Assembly (NCBI RefSeq): GCF_009914755.1
Contig: NC_060929.1
DNA from: the human T2T-CHM13v2.0 reference genome, Homo sapiens
Strand: one strand, 5' to 3'
DNA length: 64,000 nt
Shown here: positions 57,131 through 64,000 of the stretch, piece after piece
Layout of the letters: every line of letters begins with the position of its first letter
Position numbering within the stretch: the first letter of the stretch is position 1
Position numbers and translations under genes: made by a program
The notes under the pieces: model-generated
Databases searched by the model: none
What the model was told of the DNA's origin: nothing
Seen by the model: only the letters and a program-made list of their open reading frames with translations

Positions 57131-57584
57131 TTTAAAGATCTTAAGAAAACAGAAATTCTTTTTCTACCTATTCATGATCTATACTACCTGTAACACTTTG
57201 TTAAATAATCTTTCCATAGAAGACATAAATATAAGTCACAGGATTCCTTTTCCATAATAAGGATTTATACCAGATATAAAATAACTAATTTTAGTGGTTG
57301 TAACCAATGTTACTTGTTGAAGGAGGTTGTTGAGGATTGTCAAACTTTTATTTAAAATATTTTTCCAGGGTAGCCACAAAGATTGCTTTCCAGTGTTTCT
57401 TCCAATTTTCAGATTCCATAACTAGGTTGTATTTTATGATGAACTGAAAGTAGACCTTTAAAGACTGTATAAAAATGAAATACCTTCCATGTGATCAGCT
57501 TCTTCAGCTAGTTTGTAGAAGAGCAGGCTTCATAAAAGGAAATAGATGGAACCGAACTAGAATAATAATTCCTATTATACTCAC

Positions 57585-58267
57585 TGTATTAGTTCATGCT
57601 GCTAATAAAGACATACCCAAGACTGGGTAATTTATAAAGGAAAGAGGCTTAATTGACACACAGTTCAGCATGGCTGGGGAGGCCTCAGGAAACTTACAAT
57701 TATGGTGGAAGGGGAGACAAACACATCCTTCTTCACATGGCAGCAGGAAGAAGAAGTGCCAAGCAAAGAGGCAAAACTCCTTATAAAACCATCAGATCTC
57801 ATGAGAACTTACTCACTATCATGAGAACAGCATGGGGGTAATCACCCCCCTGATTCAATTACCTCCCATCAGGTCCCTCACACCACACGTGGTGATTATG
57901 GGAACTACAATTCAAGATGAGATTTGGTTCCAGGTGTGGTGGCTCACACCTGTAATCCCAGCACTTTGGGAGGCCGAGGCAGGCGGGTCACCTGAGGTCA
58001 GGAGTTCGAGACCAGTCTGGCCAACATGGTGAAACTCCAGCTCTACTAAAAATACAAAAATCAGCTGGGCGTGGTGGTGCATGCCTGTAATCCCAGCTAC
58101 TCGGGAGGCTGAGGCAGGAGAATTGCTTGAACCTGGGGAGGCAGAGGTTGCAGTGAGCCGAGATTGTGCTGCTGGACTCCAGCTGGGGCAACAGAGTGAG
58201 ACTCTGTCTCAAAAAAAAAAAAAAAAAAAGGATGAAATTTGGGTGGGGACGCAGCCAAACCATATCA
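57585..58267 (-). mobile_element. THE1C/D-like MaLR solo LTR interrupted by an Alu
   Basis: tgtattag...ataaagacatacccaagactgggtaatttataaag...ttataaaaccatcagatctc...[Alu]...gggtggggacgcagccaaaccatatca. Confidence 0.92.
57928..58230 (+). mobile_element. AluSx-like inserted into the THE1 LTR
   Basis: TSD GATGA(G/A)ATTTGG at 57916-57927 and 58231-58242. Confidence 0.93.
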
Positions 58268-58764
58268 TGACTATCACTTAGCAAATGCCCGCAGGGAGTA
58301 TATGCCACACAGAACACAGACACAGGGTTGCCCCAGAGTGCAAAGACATTGTATAAGATAAGAACTTGAAAGAAGTGGCCCTTCATGTTAAGACATTTTC
58401 TTTAAACAGGGTCCCAAAGTGCACTTTATATGAGCTGTGCCAAATAGGAAATTGTCAATGTCCTTGCTGTCCAGGAGTTTATCATCTAAAACAGAAATTA
58501 GATGCTTTGTGGACAAAAAAGCTATTATCCATTGATTGGACACAAAGTATAAATGAAGTACTTTCAATGTGATATTGAATTGAAAACCAAAATATTTAAT
58601 ATCACCACTAGAGAACCAAGAAAAATGATATGGACTTCTCAAAGAAGTAAGCCTGATAATATTAAAAAAAAAAGAAATGTTTGGATTTCAGTCAATAAAT
58701 GGGCATTTCTATATGCTTAAATATAATTCCAGCAGTATTTAAAAATATTTTGGTTGCATTTTGG

Positions 58765-58908
58765 TGAAAGCAACACTGAACGTGGGATCATTAAGACCAG
58801 GGTTTCATGTTCATTATCTATATAACCTTAAAGAAGCCACTCATTTTTGGGCTCAGAGTCCTCTTCTGTAAAATTAAGGGATTAAGCTGGATGCTCTCTT
58901 TCAGTTCT
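58765..58908 (+). mobile_element. MIR-family fragment
   Basis: gggctcagagtcctcttctgtaaaattaaggg...ctttcagttctaa. Confidence 0.55.
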
Positions 58909-59165
58909 AACATACATTTTTCTATGCCTGTATTACAAATGAGCACAAATATTATCACAGATTTTTTAGCCTTCTGTAAGTTCATATATTTGTTTCCTAA
59001 GGGTGCAGTGGTCTTCAAACAAATCACTTCTATTCCCACAGTCAATCTGATTGTTATCCATTCATCAGTATGAGAGACACAAATCAATATGAGGAATTCA
59101 AAGATGTTCACTTCTAATATTAATTACAATGAAAGGTAAGAATTTGTTGAGAAAACTAATCTTCT

Positions 59166-59497
<332 letters not shown>

Positions 59498-60193
59498 TCA
59501 ATTTCCATAAGGTTTTTCTTTAAAAAGCAAACTATTGAGCATCTTCATGGAGAGCTCCAAAACAGCTTCATGAAGAGAAGTCCGTATAAATATCATGATT
59601 TTTAATGAGTTGTATTTTGAGAAATGAAAAAGGAATTCTAAGAAAGGTGGATTATACAACATTCCAGTTAGATAGCATAGTTTCTTCATTCCTATTAAGC
59701 CCAATCCTTCAGCAGAAGTTTTCTTAAAACTTTGTTTATGCATTTCCTTCTTAAATGCCCATAAAGACTTTTTACCTTAAAATGCTATTGTAAGATAGTC
59801 TAGAAAAACAACTATTTCTTACTATTCTTTATTTGATGTAAGAAGCATCTGATAGAGATGGAAGAACCTGAGAAACCCCTGAATAGTGTGTCTATTTTAG
59901 CACAAATTCTAAAGTTCACATTAGATTTCAGTGTAAACCTCAACCATCTGTTGGCATATACCAAAAACAAAAGTATTCAAACAAAGTAAAACCAAAATGA
60001 TGTTTTTACAAATCTTGTCAGAGTGTACTAATCAGAGGATGAGAAATGACATACAACTGACATATTCAGTGATCAAAACTTACCACCCAATGGTAAGAAG
60101 AAGGCTCAGGGAAATAGCACATTTACCAATCTTCCAGAGAGAACAGAGTTCTTCAAGATGGGAAATCAAGGTGGTATATTTTGCATAATTTTA

Positions 60194-60494
<301 letters not shown>

Positions 60495-63400
60495 TTAATT
60501 CCAGTAACAGTTTTGTTGTTAGATGGCTCATTACAGTTATAAAAATGATAAGAAGGTAGGGGCCATTTATTAAAATAACCTGCAGAATGTTAGAAAATAT
60601 AATGGATACATTGAAGAATCATCTTCAGTTAGAAACAAGAAGGAACTCTCTCATGTTGCCATAAGGTACTCTGCTCTGGAGGAAGAAGCTAAGGTAATTG
60701 AAACAGGAGAGTGGGCCTGTTGGTGAGGCTGCAGGTGAGGTTAGTGAAACTCCAGGTCCTCAAGAGATTTCAGTTCAAGACATGCAGGCTTTAAATAATA
60801 AGCCTGCAGTAACTAAGCCTGAGATGACTTATACTACTCATCTCTAGTGAATCAGGTGACTGAGAGAGGGAGTGGACCTTGATTGAGATTTAGGAAGATT
60901 ATCTATCCTGAAATAATTTCTTCACTTACTTTCTAATTCTTAAAAATGTACAATTTAAGATAAAATAGATCAAATGAAAAGGAATTGGAATCAAATCATT
61001 AAATGCCTTAATATGGAGAACAAATAGTTTATGAAAACAACGGGAAATGACTGACAACAGCTCCTTTCAGATTCTAATGGGAAATGAGTGGAAGGAACTG
61101 GAAGGGTCTAAATGCAGAATTGGCAAAAGAGGGTCAAAGCTGTTGTCAGGAGTGTTTCTAAGGGTGTGTGGGAGGACGAAGAAGAAAGGCGGGGAAGAAG
61201 TTGACTTCGCAGAGGTGATAGCTAATGACTGTTTAGTGTCAGCTTTGTTTAGCCTCAACTAGGAAGAGAGCAGTAGGAGGAATGAATGGCTGTATAGCAT
61301 CAACTTTGTTTACTCTCAGCTGGGAAAGAACAAGTTAAAAGAATGAACGGCTGCAGTGCTAATTTATATACTGTCAGCTTGGAAGGGACAAATGAGATGT
61401 TTGAATCAAGGTATTTATTGAGAGGGTGAGTTGGAAAGGCAACTTCAGATGGTTTCTAGGCAAAAGTTTACAAATACAAGTAAAATAAAAGAACTTTATC
61501 CTAGATACTTGTTTCATTAATAGGAACTAATCTGTTGAACTACATGAAAAATAACTAGAAAATTGATTAATATCTCATCTCCAGATTACAAGAATGTACA
61601 TTTCTTCAGTTTTATAGAACATTATGAAAAAACCACTAGTAAACTGCTCTTTTTCCTTGCCAATGCAAAGTCAACTCTCATAACCATAAAGCACAATGAA
61701 ATTCAACCTCTCATTTATGTCAGCTTTTTGATTGGTATATATACGGGGACCCTGAATAGGTCCATGTTATCTTGATGGTCTCATATAACCAATTACCCAG
61801 AGCTGTCTTGGTATTTGGTCTCTGAGAGGAGTAAAATTGATTATTCAAGAAATACTTCAGAGGTCAAAGATACTGAGGGAGGCTTTGCTAGTTCACAGGT
61901 TAACACTTTAAGGATAAACTCAGAGTTATTTAAGTGGGAGAATTTGGATGTTCAAACTTAACAAGATTGGAGATAATGATGCCAAGCCCTTGGGTCACTG
62001 GATGTCGTTTGTGATAACTGAGCTTATTAACGATGGTTGGCTGACTTCCAGCCTAATATGTATTTTTAAAAAGATAGTTAAAACAATTTCGGTTTGTTTT
62101 TGGAGTGGATTTTGCTAGTGGCCTTTATAATGATATTTTCTCTTTCATAAAAGTTTATCTAATTATTGGTTCCTCTCCATTTTCTCAGATAGCACACACC
62201 CTTTCCAGGACAGAAATTTGTATCATTGGGTGCATAGGAAAAAACTTTATACAAAATGTGGCTGTAAAGTGATCAGATTGATTCTAAAAGAGACATTTGA
62301 ATTCCAGCTGAGTTTCTGAGCTACTCCTCAAATAAAGAGAGAAGAGGTCTTCTATAAGGGGCAAGCCAAGGGATGAGACACACACCCCTTCTATGGGTTA
62401 CCTAGAAAGTCACATTTCTTGGGGGTGTAAGTCATATAGAATATTTAAATTTCTGCAAAAATAATGAGCAAAGTAAAAGGAAAATCTAGACTATGCAAAA
62501 ATTATTAGTTTAAAATACCTAGGAGACTATTTATTGGTTTAAACAAATGATATAAGCCTAAGATTAGTTGATGGAGATTTTGGGTTCAAGCAACCTAGTA
62601 ATTTCACAGCTCCATATATTTCAGTTGAAGCTTCCTGTAAAGATTGCATCATCAGTATACTCTTAAATCAATCCAGGCTACACTTATGGATATGCTTACA
62701 TTAAGATAAAAGCCTTGTGCCATCCATTTCACACTGTAAACTATAATTTCTACTTCACTTCCTATGCAGTCGCCACTAGAGTTCTACACTTAGCATGCAT
62801 TCTGCTGACAAAGAAGAAACATAAAGGAGTGTTGTGCGGTAAAAAAAATTTTAAAAAAAGAACAAGCATTATTTCTCTTCAAAATCTGTTTAAAGGGGAA
62901 ATAAGACACGGCATAGAAAGAGGGACCTATTTGTCCACAAATTGAAAATTGGAGAAAGACCAAATTAGAGTATATTTTCTTCTGAGCTTCTCAAGGTATC
63001 TCAATAGCCTTGAGCCCAAAAAGAAAGCAGTCCCCCAGCATTGCCCTCAAAACAAAACAAAAACCCAGGAATCTTCCACTAAGGGCTTCTGTCTATTGCG
63101 ATGGGTTTTCTTGGGTGTACACTGAGAAGATAGAAAGACCTGTAATAGGAAAAAGCTTTGTTTTCTAAAAAGTGAGAAAACTTGATGGAGGATGGAATCA
63201 AAACCTGGTTGTGAATACTGTCTTCTCTCATACTTCCATGGCACCAGGAGGGCAAGTCAAATTTTATGGGCCTCCAAGACTCTGCAGAAGAGACTCCCAG
63301 GCTGAATACAAGCCTTAGGCCACTGGAATATGCTGGTTTTCCTACCATTCACCGTTTTGGTACTTATCAGTTACATTTTTTCCTCCCACTCCTTCCACCC

Positions 63401-63665
63401 CTTATTTACTCTATGTGATTTTGAGCAAGTACTTTTACATCTAAAGATATTTTCTCATCCCTAAAATAAGAACAAGGTGATAGAGAATCACTGTAACTAC
63501 AAGTCCAATAGAATAAGGTTCTATTTCAGATTGTCTCAGCCTTAATATTTAGTCTACTAACTGGGCAACATTTTAGATTCTATTCCAAATTCCCTCAAAC
63601 CCTTTCTAACATCAACAGACTAATTCCCTTAGCCCCACTCCTTCCTCATTAAAATAAAATCACTG

Positions 63666-63915
63666 GGCTGGGCACTATGGCTCCTGCCTGTAACCCCAGC
63701 ACTTCAGGAGGCCAAGGCAGGAGGATCACTTGGGGTAAGGAGTTTGAAATCAGCCTGGGGAGCATAGTGAGACCCCATCTCTAAAAAAAAAAAAAGAATT
63801 AACTGGGTGTGGTGGTATGCATCTGTAGTCCCTGGTACTGGGGAAGCTGGGGCAGGAGGATTGCTTGAGCCTAGGAGTTTGAGGTTGCAGTGAGCTATCT
63901 TTGTTGCAGTGAGCC
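63666..63915 (+). mobile_element. AluJ-like, 3'-truncated
   Basis: ggctgggcactatggctc...ttgcttgagcctaggagtttgaggttgcagtgagc. Confidence 0.88.
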
Positions 63916-63992
63916 ATGTTGTTGCAAATAACCAGATCTCATTCTTTTTTTTATGGCTGAATAGCACTGCATTGTGTATATGTACCACATAT
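63914..63992 (-). mobile_element. L1MA-like fragment
   Basis: catgttgttgcaaat..agatctcattcttttttttatggctgaatag..cattgtgtatatgtaccacat. Confidence 0.8.
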
Positions 63993-64000
63993 ACCAGCCT

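Noticed and set aside
55843-58386. Multiple 60-136 aa ORFs (e.g. ...SPRLECSG..., ...LPKCWDYR...)
   Set aside because: Typical Alu/THE1-derived reading frames; the same applies to the other Alu ORFs in the window.
60540-61450. Purine-rich stretch, possible ancient LINE or pseudogene
   Set aside because: Too diverged to assign by eye; no coherent ORF.

Overview
Primate (almost certainly human) genomic DNA containing the complete LIX1 gene (limb and CNS expressed 1; homologue of Drosophila lowfat; from recall chr5q15 between LNPEP and RIOK2) on the minus strand. I assembled six coding exons by hand from GT-AG junctions: 55339-55258, 37393-37230, 20264-20124, 18049-17954, 9651-9574 and 7799-7512. 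They give 849 nt = 282 aa + stop, followed by a ~2.9 kb 3'UTR ending after AATAAA at 4657-4652. The rest is intronic/flanking DNA rich in Alu, MIR, L1, L2, L3, MaLR/ERV LTRs and hAT/Tigger relics. The other ORFs in the track look like chance or repeat-derived frames. I see no prokaryotic-type system (CRISPR etc.) and no convincing new protein family. The best leads are regulatory hypotheses: two convergent THE1 LTRs with intact DUX4-type motifs bracketing the gene, a spliced overlapping upstream ORF across the LIX1 start codon, an inverted-Alu-flanked stop-free exon 3-4 cassette, and neural miRNA seed sites in the 3'UTR. Repeat subfamily names and boundaries come from recalled consensus sequences and are approximate.
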